Shown here piece by piece: positions 21,236-41,487 of a stretch of DNA of 64,000 nucleotides. Position numbers and translations under genes: made by a program. A model generated the notes under the pieces. The model was not told the DNA's origin. It did not search any database and saw only the letters and a program-made list of their open reading frames with translations. The DNA lies in NCBI RefSeq assembly GCF_009914755.1, contig NC_060925.1; one strand, written 5' to 3'. How positions within the stretch are numbered: the first letter of the stretch is position 1; every line of letters begins with the position of its first letter. Origin of the DNA: the human T2T-CHM13v2.0 reference genome, Homo sapiens.

Positions 21236-22635
21236 GTCCATACCAATTATTCATATACTTATTGAAACACTATAAATAGCATCAAATGATCAACCAAAGT
21301 CATACAGAAAAGGTACAGGTAATTCAGGGATTATGTTGTAAGTAAAATAATTTGGACATTTCATCATAATTAACAGAATCTTTTTATAGGTTTGCTCTTA
21401 CACAACTCATCACAGTGTATACTACCTAAGCATAATGGTTGATTACAAATTTAAACAACGGTTTAGAAAAATTTTAAAGAAATGGAATACTATAAAATTG
21501 CTTCAGAATGTATAACAGTATTATAATAACCATACAATTACAAAATAGATATTAATCCTTTTTTGTAATCGTATTAATTACAAAATACAAGGTATTTTGT
21601 ACTTTGTATAATTTTGTATAATTACAAAATACAAAATACAAGGTATTAATCCCTTTTGTGAAAAGAAAAAAAAGTTAAAAATTGTTTCTTTCTTTTAAAA
21701 CTACACTTAATCACTTTAATTTGAATTACAGAGGTAGTCTATATATTTCATACACTATTCAAATGGAAATTACCCCAAACAGTATTAATTATTTTTAGTC
21801 TTCTGTAAAAGAATGATAAAAATCTTATGGATAGGATATTTCAGGTTTCAAGACAACAGAATAAAATTGGTAATTTTTACCTGGCTATTCCTCTCAAAAA
21901 ATCATCCCAGAATAAAAAGAAACAGAAATACAAGCTCCTTGGAAATATCTGTGATACTAACTACAACAAAGGAAGATAGAAAGCAGAAGGAATGGGAAAT
22001 GGCCCCGCTGACAGGAGATGAGGCCACCTATGCATGGTGCAGAGGACAGGTCCTGAGGATTTGAGGACAATAGAAAAGGGAAGTTCTGGGATGACAGCTG
22101 TGCAGATGGAAGGTTTCTGGAGACTTGACTTTGGGAAAAACTACATTGAGGGGCACTCTACAGAACTCCTGGAGTGTGTAAAAAGATTAAGTCACATATG
22201 AAAGGAAAGTGAGAAAATACAAAACGAGGTCATTATACACTCCAAGAGTCACACAAAGTTCTATAATAAAGGACATGTAATCAGTATTTGGGATCAGCAA
22301 ACCATAAACAATATTTACATTGTCATTACAATGAAAAAAATTTATGTTAGAATGATAAAGGCAGAGGAAGGAGTATAAGGTAACCCAAAACCTCATTTTC
22401 TGTAGTAGAAAATCAACAGATGCATCAGGAGACAGGAATATATGTACATTACTTAGATATATGGAGAAAAATACCAGAATAAATCACTAAAAGGCTTAAA
22501 TGTAGTTGCTCCAGGCAAAGAGGACAGAAGGGATGAGGAAGATAAAAAGAACTAATGTCTGCATCATTACGTCTTTGAAAACTGTCTCAGTTTTGAGACC
22601 ATTTGTATAAAATAATCTGATAAAACTAAAAATTA

Positions 22636-23092
22636 GGCTGGGCATGGTGGCTCCACGCCAGTAATCCCAGCACTTTGGGAGGCCGAGGCGGGAGGATTCT
22701 TGAGCCCAGGAGTTTGAGACCAGCCTAGGCAACATAAGGAGATCCTGTCTCTACAAAAAATAAAAAATTAGCCAGGTGAGATGGCGCATGTCTGTAGTCC
22801 CAGCTATTTAGGAAGTTAAGAGGGGAGGACTGCTTGATCCCGGGAGGTTGAGGTGAGGCTGCAGTGAGCTATGATTATGCCACTGCACTCTAGCCTGGGC
22901 AACAGAGTGAGACTCTGTCTCAAAAACCAAACCAAACCAAAAAACAAAAAATTAGCCAGGCACCTACTGGGAAGTCTGAGGCAGGAGGATTGCTTGAGGC
23001 CAGGAGTTTGGGGCTGCAATGAACTACGACTGTGCCACTGCACTCTAGCCTGGGTGACAGCGTGAGACACTATCTCTAAAAAATAAATAACA
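22636..23092 (+). mobile_element. AluJ followed by an extra right-arm monomer
   Basis: Dimer to ~22945, then AAAAATTAGCCAGGC..right arm; AAAAATTAG duplicated. Confidence 0.85.
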
Positions 23093-23119
23093 TAAAAACT
23101 TCAAATTCTTATCGAATCA

Positions 23120-23314
<195 letters not shown>

Positions 23315-23915
23315 CTAACAATAACAACAAAATGCTATGTAAAAGCTACCACCCTAAGCAGAAAATCATCTTGATGATATATTAAGCACATTTTTTCCTT
23401 TACAACATTAGTCCTACTTCGAACTCATCCTTTACATCCCAGAATCAAATGCTAAGAACCGGTTGCTATCTGAAGAAGCAGGCTCTGTGTCTTTCAGCTT
23501 TAAGGACAATAAAAACTAGCCTTGCCAGACAGCAGTCAGTCTAGTAAGCCAAAAAAGAAAATTATTCCTTCTGCAAAACTCAGAAGAAGAGCTTTTTCAA
23601 TCCTGTGGAGTTCTCTTAATTCTGACTTTAACTTACCACATCAGTCAATGGGGACTGGAAAAAAAAAAAAAAAAAAAAGGTCTAAGCCTACCTGGCACCT
23701 TAGTAACATCCTACCCACCCTCTGTCAAGGTTCTTGTGCTGGGACTAGAAAACCTGGGTTCCATGCTGTTGCCTACCTGCACTCTGTCCTCTGCCCAACC
23801 CCTTCAGCTAAGTATCTGCTTGGTTCTTCTTCAATCCTGACCAGCCCCCCTGCATAAGTCCAGCACCTGAGGCTCTTCTTATCTAGGGGTGTGGAAAAGT
23901 TAAAGCATCAACTCA

Positions 23916-24434
<519 letters not shown>

Positions 24435-24597
24435 TTAAATTCATTTTTGTACATTATTTCATAAAAATATTTCACCAATTCTCTTTGTAAAAATCTGAAC
24501 ACTACCCATGAGATGATTAACAAAACATGACAGAGTAAGTTTATAAACATCAATTAGACATATATTTTGTTGACTTGCTTATAATTTGCTTTTTTAA

Positions 24598-24962
<365 letters not shown>

Positions 24963-25460
24963 TAGAAGCCTATGATAAATTCAAAGGAGAAAATGAAAGC
25001 ACTAAAATTCGTTATATTAAGAATTGGCAATTTTTTATAAATATTCCCTGATAAACAAACATTTTTGTTCTTACCTTACTGCCAAGATATTAATGACAAG
25101 AAAACTTAGTTGATTTGTTTACATATAAAATCAGAGGGAGAAATAAAAATAAATCTCATTAAATAAAATTAGAATATGCTAAAAATGATAAGCTGTTATT
25201 AAAGAAGTAATTTTACAGAAATATTAAATGCGAGGTCCTAGAATTGTTTTTTAATCCTCAAATTCTCTTTATAGTCTTCTGCCCTGGCTGAAATTTTTTC
25301 TAACACTGAGCATGTTTTCCACACTGCATAATCAGAACACATGATAAAGTTTATTTCTGTTTGGCATAAAAGAACAAATCAAAAGATTTTCTTACAGGAT
25401 TCAATTAAACAAGTCATGTTAAGAGTAAGGATTAAAAAAAAAAAAAAAGTAAGAATTTAA

Positions 25461-26642
25461 GCCAGGAACGGTGGTGCACACCTGTAATCCCAGCTACCTG
25501 AGAGGACTGCTTGAGACCAGGAGTTGGAGGCTACCGTGCACTCTGATGGACCTGTGAATATCACTGCACTCCAGTCCAAGCAACACAGCAAGACTTTATC
25601 TCTTCAAAAAATAAACAAACAAGGATTTAACAGAATTAGATACTATGTAAGAGTAAATAAAATGAATTTATAGATGTTCAGGTTCTTCCTCATGAATACC
25701 AGTTATTAAACATGTTTAATTGCTATTAATGAACTTAAAATTGGAAAGCCTGTCTTCCAGTCATTTACAAGAACTTTGATGACTACAGAACACTGCTGAA
25801 TACAAATATAATCTTCCTTTGGGTAAAAAGGAGGATTTTTCTATAGTATACAAGGCTCTAAACCAAACCCTAATTCCTACCAGTTTTCTTCCTTCCTTTT
25901 TCTTTTTCTTCTTTTTTTAGGATGGAGTCTCATTATGTTGCCTAAGCTGGAATGCAGTGGTTATTCACAGGTGTGAATATGGTACACAACAGCCTCAAAC
26001 TCCTGGGCTCAAGTGATCTTCCTGCCTCGGCCTGTTGAGTAGCTGGGACTAGAGGCATGTACTCATCATGCCCAGCTTGGTTTCTTCCTTACTTTCACCC
26101 TGGAATTAATCAATACCTTCTTTCTACCTAAATACAGACATGACAATCCCTCCAAAGATCTAGAGCAGAAGAAACAAACTGCTTTCTGCTAGTTGCTTCC
26201 ATTCTCATTTTTCTTTAGTCAAAACTAAGCAAAAGAACAAGCCTGAGATGGCAAAGAAAATGCAACAATGTCTAGAAACAAGCTATTTTAAAATATTTCC
26301 AAGCCCTGCAGATGAAATCTGTCACGAAATTTGACCCTGAAATGGGCCACGCAAGGTGGCTCACACCTGTAATCCCAATATTTTGGGAGGCCAAGCTGGG
26401 GGAATCACTTGAGGTCAGGAGTTTGAGACCAGCCTGGCCAACATGGTGAAACCCTGTCTCTGCTAAAAATATAAAAATTAGCTGGGCATGGTGGCACATG
26501 CCTACAGTCCCAGCCACTCGGGAGGCTGAGGCAGGAGAACCACTTGAACCTGGAAGGGGAGACAGAGGTTGCAGTGAGCTGAGATCAAGCCACTGCACTC
26601 CAGCCTGGGTGACAGAGCAAAACTCTTTCAATAAATAAATAA
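25461..26642. mobile_element. Alu monomers (+ 25461-25620; - 25897-26078) and AluS (+ 26345-26642)
   Basis: Alu motifs; TSD GACCCTGAAATGG for the dimer. Confidence 0.85.
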
Positions 26643-26710
26643 GACCCTGAAATGGTTAGAAAAATACTCAACATATTATTGCTTTGTAATTTAACCAATA
26701 TAAATCTTAC

Positions 26711-26858
26711 CTGAAAAGGTGGATTATATTGAGTGACTTCTACAGTAACTGCATCTGACATTTGGCAACCATTATCTTCTATTGTTATCAGAGAGTAATA
26801 GATGAGACATGGATTGTCTGCTGAGTGCCATGCTGCTGCCAAAATCACCAGCCCATCA
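26711..26858 (-). CDS. NUP133: NUP133 exon 9 (148 nt)
   Basis: ATTAG|; [49 protein letters not shown]; CAG|GTAAGA. Confidence 0.96.
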
Positions 26859-26879
26859 CTAATCAATAAAAAAGGAAGA

Positions 26880-27808
26880 TGTAAAGCCTCTCTAAAAAAC
26901 AACTTAGGAGTTTCCTATAAAATTAAACATATGCTTCCATATAACTTAGCAATCCCATTCGTGGACACCTATCCAAGAGAAAATTTAAAAACAGAAACAG
27001 AAAACCAATAACTGTGTTCACACAAAAACCTGTGTACAAATGACTGTAGTGGCTTTATTCATAATTGCCTAAAACTGAAAACAACCCAATGTCTTCCAAG
27101 TGCTGAATAGATAAACAAACTGTGGTATATCCATACAAAAGAACACTATTCAGTAGTAAAAAAAAAAAAAAAAATTACTGAATGAATTTGAAGTGTATTA
27201 TGCTAAGTGACAGAAACCAGACTCAAAAGGCTTTACACTGTATGTTCCATTTCTATGACATTAAGCAAAAGGCAAAATATAGGGACAGAAACCACATCAG
27301 TGATCTCCAGGGGCTAGAGGATGGAGGGGTCGATTACAGAAAGCACAAGGGAATTTGGGGGGTTATAAAACTGTTCTGTATTGATTGTTACGGTTAAATG
27401 ACTAAATTGTGTATCTGTCAAAATTTGTAGAATTAGGGCCAGGTGCGGTGGCTCACGTCTGTAATCCCAGCACTTTGGGAGGCCAAGGTGGGCAGATAAC
27501 CTCAGATCAGGAGTTCAAGACCAGCCTGGCCAACGTGGCAAAACCATCTCTATAAAAATTAGTCAGGCATGGTGGCACATGCCTGTTGTCCCAGCTACTT
27601 GGGAGGCTGAGGCAGAAGAACTCTTGAACCCGGGAGGTGGAGGTTGCAGTGAGCTGAGATCGCACCACTGCACTCCAGCCTGGGCGATAGAGTGACACCC
27701 CATCTTAAAAAAAAAAAAGAAAAAAAAAACAACTTGTGGAATTATAAACTAAAGAGGGTAAGTTTTACTCTATATAAATTATAGCTCAATAAATCTGACT
27801 TTAAAAAA
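26880..27808 (+). mobile_element. L1MB/ME-type LINE-1 3' region interrupted by an Alu (27437-27729)
   Basis: TAGCAATCCCATTC...GATAAACAAACTGTGGTATATCCATAC...TATGCTAAGTGA...CTCAATAAA. Confidence 0.85.
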
Positions 27809-27830
27809 AGATCAAAACAACCATCTGATC

Positions 27831-28052
27831 CAGGGATTGGCGAAGTACAGCCCTCCAGTGAAACTGATCTCAAACCAGTTTTTATAAATGAAGTTTTGTT
27901 GGAAGGCAACCATACGCATTTATTTATGTATTTTCTAGGGATGTTTCATGATACCATTGGTGAAATAGAGTAGTTGCAGTAAAGACTACATGGCCGCCAA
28001 AGCCTAAAACAGTTACTTTTGGCCCTTTACAGAAAAGGTTTGCCAATCCCTG
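27831..28052. mobile_element. MER58A (hAT-Charlie MITE)
   Basis: Perfect TIR CAGGGATTGGC/GCCAATCCCTG. Confidence 0.85.
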
Positions 28053-28119
28053 ATGTACTCAGTTATTTAAAGCTTACTTGCTTTTGTCCAGAGGAAAAAC
28101 ATTTTTAAAAAAGTTTTAC

Positions 28120-29170
<1,051 letters not shown>

Positions 29171-29394
29171 TAGCAACTTTCATTCAAGTCTCAAAAAGAT
29201 TAAAAGGGTGGCAAAGCACCCTCTACTGACAACTAAAAATAAGAAACCAAGCATGTAACTAAATGACATGACACTTCAAAGCAAGGAATCCTAGCACGGC
29301 TCATTTTCCTTCTTCACGGTTCTCTTCCCCCAGCTCCCCAAACTTTATCACTTCTGCTTGGACTCTTGAAAGGAATTCAAGAATATTGGTCCAC

Positions 29395-29690
29395 GTTATT
29401 CTAAGTGAAGTAACTCAGGAATGGAAAACCAAATATCATATGTTCTCACCTATAAGTGGGAGCTAAGCTATGAGGACACAAAGACATAAGAATGATAATG
29501 GATTTTGGGGACCTGAAGGGGAAGGGTGGGAGGAGGGTAAGGTATAAAAGACTACATATTGGATACAGTGTACACTGCTCAGGTGACAGGTGCACTAAAA
29601 TTTCAGAAATCACCACTAAAGAACTTACCCATGTAACCAAAAACCACCTGTACCCCAAAAACCATTGAAATAAAAATTTTAAAAAAAAAT
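29395..29690 (+). mobile_element. L1PB/old L1PA 3' end
   Basis: TTATTCTAAGTGAAGTAACTCAGGAATGGAAAACCAAA...GTAACCAAAAACCACCTGTACCCC. Confidence 0.88.
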
Positions 29691-31715
29691 CAACTTTAAA
29701 AAAAAGAATATTGGCCCAAACTTGTAACATGTTGGCAGTGTCTCTCTCTCTACAATGCCAGGCTGGCCTAGAATTCTTGGCCTCAAGTGATCCTCCTGCT
29801 TTACCAGTTAAGTTTTTATGTGAGTATATCCAAAGTAATGAAGTTAAGGTTAAAAAAAATTCCAAACTTTATATCTAAAATGAAGATATCTAAACTTTGT
29901 ATTAGTAATCATCTAGTAAAATAATTTATTTATTTTTGTTTTATTGGTCTTAGAAAAAAGGTCTTTCTCTGTTGCCCAGGGTAGAGCGCAGTGGTGGGAT
30001 CATAGCTCACTACAGCCCCAATCTCCTGGGCTCAAGTGATCCTCTCGCCTCAGCCTTCTGAACAGCTGGGACTATGGTACACACCATCACGCCCAGCTAA
30101 TTTTTTATTTTTATTTGCGTGGAGATAGGGTCTCGTTTTGTTGCCCAGGTGATCTTGAACTGCTAGCTTCAAGCAATCCTCCTGTCTTGGCTTCCCAAAG
30201 TGCTGGGATTATATGCGTGAGCCACCCAGCCCAGCTACTCACTGAAATTATAAGACCAGATTGTAGCTCTGCCCAAATGGACAACAAATCAGTAGGTGTG
30301 AATGACTATAAGGAAGACAGACACTATTCTTAAAATAAATAAACGGACCCATATGAGAAATTCTCTGTACAGTTCTGATCATGAGGCCTCAAGAACATAA
30401 TAGAGTACTAACTGGATAATTTTGAGTAAAGGTGGAGAGGAAGGTCAAGGAGGATAAGGGCTGCACCTCACAGGGACCCTGCTGGTCAGCATGACAACAC
30501 TGGGGCAGAGGAGCCCTGGGTGGACCCTGCATAGCAATTCCTAAGCATGCTTCTCATTCTCAACCTCATGCCTCCAATTCAGAAAACTATGTGAAAAATG
30601 TCTGCATGGCCAGGCGTGGTGGCTGACACCTGCAATCCCACTACTTTGGGAGGCTGAGGTGGGCAGATCACGAGGTCAGGAGTTCAAGACCAGCCTGGCC
30701 AACATAGTGAAAACCTGTCTCTACTAAAAATACAAAAACTAGCCGGGAGTGGTGGCACCCACCTATAGTCCCAGCTACTTGGGAGGCTGAGGTGGGAGAA
30801 TCGCTTGAACCGGGAGGCAAAGGTTGCAGTGAGCCAAGACCATGCCATTGTACTCCAGCCTGGGTGACAGAGTGAGACTCAGTCTCAAAAAAAAATAAAA
30901 AGAAAAAAGAAAAATGTCTGTATTATATGCCCATAGTGGGCTGTCCTAGCAGTAGTCCTACATTTCCAAAAGTCTGGTAAAGACAAAAACAGGTAAACTG
31001 TATTTAATTAAAACGCTTACAGAAATTAAACAAGTACTATTACTTTTACCTCTTTGATAGCTTTTATAAGGTTTTCAGAGACTGTAAAGGGGCCTATAAT
31101 AATAGTCTAAACAGTCCAAGAGAGAGACAAATTACACAAAGTGGTACAACTGCAATATCCCTCCAAGGAACATGTAGAATTTGTTCTACTAACCCAAAAC
31201 ATGTAACAAGAACAGTAAAAATTACTCTAAAACTCATAAAAAATAGTCTTTAACTTCTGAGAAGTTGTCATCTGAAGGATTACTAGTTATATATTTGGAT
31301 TCACTATGAGCAATGTTACAAATGGTTTTTAAGTTCCATGTGACCTTGAGCATTAAAGTTAAATAGTAACATGGGATAATTAGCTTTATCAGACTAACCT
31401 AGGATCCTATGCACCACTCAGAGAGAGCACTGTTTCTAAGAGGAAATTTACTCTGAGTATGAACTATGATTAAGTTCTAATTTGTACTACCAAGACAAAG
31501 CCTTATCCCATCCTTAACTCAGCATAGCCACAAACATAGGCCTAAAGCTCCCTGAGCAACAGAAAGAGGGTGGGAAATATGTGCCTGATACCTCCAATGA
31601 GAGAAAGATCACAGCATGGGGCAGCCACAGCAGTGGGCAATGACAGGGTCTCAGGCATCTCTTGGCAGTGAAGAAGAGAAGCTCTAGCTGTAAGAGCAGA
31701 AAAGCTTTGTCTCTA

Positions 31716-31991
<276 letters not shown>

Positions 31992-32251
31992 TTAAAAATC
32001 AGCCAGGTGTGGTGGCGCATGCTTGCAGTACCAGCTACTTGGAAGGCTGAGGCAGAAGGATCACTTCAGCCCAGGAGGTCATGGCTGCAGTGAGCTATCA
32101 TGGTGCCACTGTATTCCAGCCTGGGTGATAGAGTGAGACCCTGTCTCCAAAGAAAGAGCACATAGTGAGATTGCTCATCATTTTATTATAAACATCAACT
32201 TACTTTTTCCAAACTCTTCTCTATGTTCTTTACGACAAATTAATTGCTTAC

Positions 32252-32322
32252 CAGTTTTGCTTCAAGTCCAAATATCGAATGTTGACTCCTTCTTTAATAG
32301 CTTCATAGTTACTTTCAGATCC
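32252..32322 (-). CDS. NUP133: NUP133 exon 8 (71 nt)
   Basis: TGTAG|; GSESNYEAIKEGVNIRYLDLKQN; CTG|GTAAGC. Confidence 0.95.
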
Positions 32323-32519
32323 CTACATGAAAATATCAATAATGTAAGCTTCTCAAGTGCAGGAATGATTTATTTTCACCTTTATATCCCTAGTACCTAG
32401 TGAAGTGCTTCACCCATAACTCAGTTGCTGAATAATGTATACATTAAAAAAAAAATCGCTAAGCAAGTAAACCAATGCATTCCAATATTTCTGGAGATTG
32501 ACTAACCCATTTCCACTTA

Positions 32520-32804
<285 letters not shown>

Positions 32805-33124
32805 CTATTCAGAAAAGAAAAGGAAGTCAAATTCACAGATTAACTTCTAATGCTAAGGAACTATTGTTTTAAAAGTCAAATTTCACATATGTGATTAGTA
32901 ATCCTAGCAGAATTCTTCATTTGGGATTTAAAGAAAGTAGTGATCCTGGGCCGGGTGTGGTGTCTTACCCCTGCAATCCTAGCAGTTTGGGAGGCCGAGA
33001 CAGGTGGATTGCCTGAGCTTAGGAGTTCAAGACCACCCTGGGCAACATGGTAAAACTCCATCTCCACTAAAATACAAAAAAGTAGCCGGGTGTGGTGGCA
33101 CACGCCTGTAGTCCCAGCTACTCA

Positions 33125-33611
<487 letters not shown>

Positions 33612-34244
33612 TCAGGGACATATAGCAGAGAGTGTTGAATGTGAATTTGTAAGTGTAGCAAGCAAGGGAGATATTATCAATAGCTTCTGAACACAGAATT
33701 GTGTTTGAATGCATTTGGCAGAATGTATGTAGTTAGTCATGAAGAGGAGTGTTATTTTGCCTTTTCAGTATATACTTAATCATGAAGTATAGATATTCGG
33801 CTTTTTAAAGCTGGATATACATGACTGTTTTGTGTTAAAACGCATCACTGATAGGGCAGAAAGGCCAACAGTAAGTAAACTGAGCAGGTACCAGGAGCTT
33901 AGGTGAAATTTATCAAGAGTATAGGTTAGGGCATAACATCAAAAGCAGAAAGATGGGGATGGAAATGAGATTGGATAGAAGTTAAATCTACAGCACCTGG
34001 TAAATAACTAGTTTGCTATAGAAGGAGAGGGAGACACAAAAAATAACAAGGTTTTATACCTGGGTAACTGAAAAAAGGGATGGTGCTCTTAACAAAAACA
34101 GGTCAAAAGAGAAATGAGTTTTATAGGGTTAAGTGAGTAGCCAATAGGAGAGATGAAAGAACACAATAAATTTGTTTTTAAACATGTTAAGTTTAGGTTT
34201 AAAGAACATTCAAGGAAGCAGGTGATAATTATCTGAAACAAGAG

Positions 34245-34475
34245 GGAAACAGCACAGTAAAAAGAGCATGTTCTTTAAATTCAGACAGGCCTGGGTATGA
34301 TTCCCAGCTCTGCCACTCAGCAGTTACACACCTTCAGCCTTGCTGAGGGTGCTTCCTCATCTGTAAACTGGCGGGAAAGCGTGCTACCTTACAGGTTGTC
34401 ACAATGATTACACAATATGAATATAACAACTATAGAGCACCGAGCAGCGAGTAGATGGTCCATAAATATTAGTTC
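34245..34475 (+). mobile_element. MIR
   Basis: TCAGACAGGCCTGGGT..ATTCCCAGCTCTGCCACT...CCTCATCTGTAAA core. Confidence 0.75.
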
Positions 34476-34883
34476 CCATCATCTTCCCTTCACTATGCTA
34501 GAGTATGGTGCAGAGAAGTCCAGCCAACAGATCTAGATTTCAGTCATCCACACAGACAGCTGGAGGCATGAGTAGAAACATGCTTCTGGTTAAATCTAAA
34601 AAGTCAAATTAATCTTTAAGAAACACATTTTATATTTTACATAATAGTTTTAGTTCAAAAAATGTACTTGTGAGATAATCTGTCTGATTTAAAGATTTTA
34701 GTGTTACAAGTTATGGGAGAAGGTTAGTATGATCTCATTTCATCATAATAAAAATAGTTCACTAAAAAGACCAAAGGTTTTATTTCGCATAAGCTACTGT
34801 CCATATGGAGGAATACTAAATTCAGAGGATACTTTCAACTTATTGATTTAACTAAGAAATAAGCTTGTAAAATAGTTATTTTA

Positions 34884-35084
<201 letters not shown>

Positions 35085-35263
35085 TTAGTTCAGTTTAGCA
35101 TCGAATGCTAAGATAAAATGAAAAATTCTTTGATACAGAGAAAAATCATCGTAATTGAAATAAATCTAAAAGAATACAAAATAGAACGTTGTTATTTTAT
35201 TAAAGTAATATATTTCAGAATCCATTCAGTTAATATTATTAATCCTACATAGAAAAACTCTCA

Positions 35264-36380
<1,117 letters not shown>

Positions 36381-36400
36381 TTTATTTCCAAGCCAAATCA

Positions 36401-36586
<186 letters not shown>

Positions 36587-36707
36587 TCACAACAATCAGC
36601 AATCACAATAAAAGAGGAACCCAAAAACCAGCAGTCTGATGGCAATGATACAAAGAAACAGGACAATTTACTATTTGATCAAGAAAAATCAGAAATAAGA
36701 ACTCACC

Positions 36708-37460
36708 AGTGTTTTGGTTTGCATTTTTCTAATGGCTAATGATGCTGAACATCTCTTCATGTGCTTATGTGCCATCCTTATATCCTCACTAAGTGTCTGT
36801 TCAAGTCCTAGCCCCTGTTTTTAAACTGCATTGTTTTCTTATCAAGTTTAGAATTTTAAAAAATATTCTGGATACGAGTCCTTTGCTGGATACATGATTT
36901 GCAAATTCTTCTTACTCTGTAACTTGTCTCTTCATTTTCTTGTCTTTGGCAAAGCAACGCTTTAAATTTTTATTTTATTTTAATTTTATTATTAATTTTA
37001 TCAAACTTTTCTTTTATGGATCATGCTTTTGGTGATTTCCAAGAACTCTGTCTAATCTCAGGTCATGATGATTTTCTTCTGTTTTCTTCTAAAAGTTTTA
37101 CTGTTTTACATTTAGATCTATGACCCATTTCAAATTAATCTTTGTAACAAGGTATGAGGTTTAAGGGAAAATTCAATACAATACAATACAAATTGGTCAT
37201 TTGTAATTTTAAAATTACAAATGTTCCTACACTATGCATTGATACAGAGAAAAATCATCGTCAAAAACCATCCTTTCTGAATTGCTTTTGCACCTTCATC
37301 AAAGACCAAATGGGTGCCTTTATGTGGATCTATAACTGTATTCTCTATTCTGTTACACTGACCTATGTGTGTAGCTCTCTTTGCCAATACCACAATGTCT
37401 TGATTTCTATAGGTTTATAGTTATATCTCAAAATCAAAGAGGATGATTCCTCTAACTTTA
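36708..37460 (-). mobile_element. Old L1M ORF2-region fragment
   Basis: TTGCATTTTTCTAATGGCTAATGATGCTGAACATCT...TTTAGATCTATGACCCATTT...GCCAATACCACAATGTCTTGATT. Confidence 0.8.
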
Positions 37461-37769
<309 letters not shown>

Positions 37770-38742
37770 TCAGGCTTTCAGTAATTTTAAAACAAAGTAT
37801 CTTAAGAGTATTGAATCATGAAAACTTAAAGGTAGACCAAACTCTGAAGAACAACTATCCTAACCTCTTCCTGGGCTAGAAAAGTCCAGTTAAGAGAAGA
37901 CTAAGTAAGGTTAAGATGAGTGCTTAGGCTTCCTATGGAACTTTCCCAATTTACTCTTGATTTGTTCATCTGACATTTAAAATTAGCATGACCAAAGAGT
38001 AATTATACCAAGTTACCTAGGAAACAATTTCTTAGACTCTCAGCCAAATATCAGGATCCCGCAGCTAACTCAGTATGTCCCCCAGGAATTCACCCTCACC
38101 TATTACTCCTAACCACATACACCCTTTTCTAGGCAGCAGTAACACAGAGTTCAGCAGAAGTGAAGAATTGAGGTAAGCAGGAGCCCTGAGTTCCAACGGA
38201 ACATGGCCAAGGAAGTAATGACTGGTAGAAGAGAGTAGTGTATCTAAGCTGTAACAAACAGAAAAAGGTTGCTGAGGATACGTTACTAGACATGCAAATG
38301 ATAACTCACTGTTGGAAGTGGACAAGTGAAAAGTTTAACTAGCAACTGGTATCATATTTTCTTATTTTATTAAGCATCATTCAGTAGGTTCAACAAAACA
38401 TAGTTCTGTCTTCTCAGAAATATGCAAACTCAAAGTTCATTTGCTTATGTGGATAGCATTTAGTCTGATACTTCATTAGGCAGACGGATTAGCATTATAT
38501 TCATTGGAAATTTCAATGACTCTAATTTTATTAAATGTAAACAACACAGATCTTCAAAAGGGGGAAACTTTTTTCCCAATACACAAATGTGTATGCATGC
38601 TCATTATTTCACATCACTATGAAAATGCAAACTCTTAATGCCTAAGTAGTTTCATATTGACTATCCTCCAACTGTAAAAAAATTAGGGTAAAAATGAAAA
38701 GTCAATTGGCATTCCTCTCCTCTATCTTGTTCCAGCTCTCTA

Positions 38743-38883
<141 letters not shown>

Positions 38884-39051
38884 TTAATCGTATAGTATAA
38901 ATCTTTATTACCACACGCTTTATCAAAAAAAAGTAATTGGCACACTCAGAAACGACTACCTCACAACAAATACTTTTGAATATTCCAAAATTATCAACAC
39001 CAAAAACAATAGATCTATTAACTCTGATAACCAACTTTAGAAATATATCTA

Positions 39052-40061
<1,010 letters not shown>

Positions 40062-41487
40062 TTAGCAACATTTATAATTATATCGATAAAGTAACACAAA
40101 TAACAAACTCATTAACTATATAAAACATTTCAAGGAAAACAATGTGCTTTTGGAGGACCAAAAGCACATAATTTTCAAATAAGAGCTCCTTAAAGGAATG
40201 ATAAATTATTTAGTACATGGAGACAAAGAGTTACGTTCTCTATTAAGTGACAAAACTAAATTAGCACATATCTTAAGTATTGGTGGTAAACCTCCACAAA
40301 TGTGTTAACAGCCCTGGAAATTTTATTAAGTTGAGCTTTGCTCTTTACTTACAGAAAGGTAGAAGGGTGAAGTAAAAGGCATAGACAATGTACAAGCAAA
40401 AATATCAAACCAAGCCCAGGCTGAGTGAGGCTTTTTGCTCAACTGAACTATCTGCTCAGTAATTTTCTTTTTCTTGAAAGCACTACAACTCCAGATCCTC
40501 GACCGGTGTGCCTTTAAGGGCTGACTTAACAGTAGTTGGCAGGTTTCTAAGTGGGGAAGAGTTCTTCAAGTTGACACACCTCTTTGTTTTATATATCCTA
40601 ATTTCTAAGGACTCTCTGAATTTCTAGATTTGGGGCTGTGTTATTTAATCTAGTCTGTTAAAATATGAGTAGTACATTAAAAGGTTTAAATGTAAACTGA
40701 AATTTTTAGAGGGGAAAAATATACACATATATACCAATATATATATACATTTATTTATTTAAAACAGAACAATGTATAGAAAGGTTAGTAGTTGTCTGAA
40801 AACAACTATCCCTAAAGCTCCCAAGGACCTACAGGCAAGATGTGCCAAGTTCCAGTTGATGAGATATATTCCTTCTTCTAAAACAGAGTAATTTCAGCAT
40901 TTTTTTTTTACTGTTATTAAGTTATACAGTAAATAGAGTTATTCACAGTATAATACATTTTACATCACGATACACCCATATACAATTTAAGTAAAACGAA
41001 CAAAATTTACTAAACATATGAGATGCATTCTATTTCTTCTTTTTTTAAATGCTGGTCAAGAACCGCTAAATTTTGGTCACCCCTACAATTTGAAAAATAC
41101 TGTTCCAGAAAAATCACAAAGATCTAGAATTCAAGCCTTAATAAAAATGACTTCAGCAGATATTAAGGCTGCTCTGAACTTTGCTCTTCCAGTGTCATCC
41201 AACTGCTCATCTTTAAAGTTGCCTTTCTAAGCTTGTGTTGATTGTATCTGTCAAAATTCCACACTAATTCTCCACCAACAGACGCTTCTAAAGGTACACC
41301 ACGACAATGGTAACGTCATAAATTTGTGCACACAGCCTCTGGGATGCTACATAGGATCCAGAAATGGAGGTAGGACTTGATTTTACTGTATTATTAAACC
41401 CAATAACATGAGGTGCCAGTTTTGGGGTTTCACGGGAAACTTCATAAACCTGATCAACTCTGTAAACAGGACTGAATTTCGCATATA

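Noticed and set aside
40482-40496. ACTACAACTCCAG resembling the ZNF143-associated ACTACAnnTCCCA motif
   Set aside because: One base short, isolated, outside any CpG island
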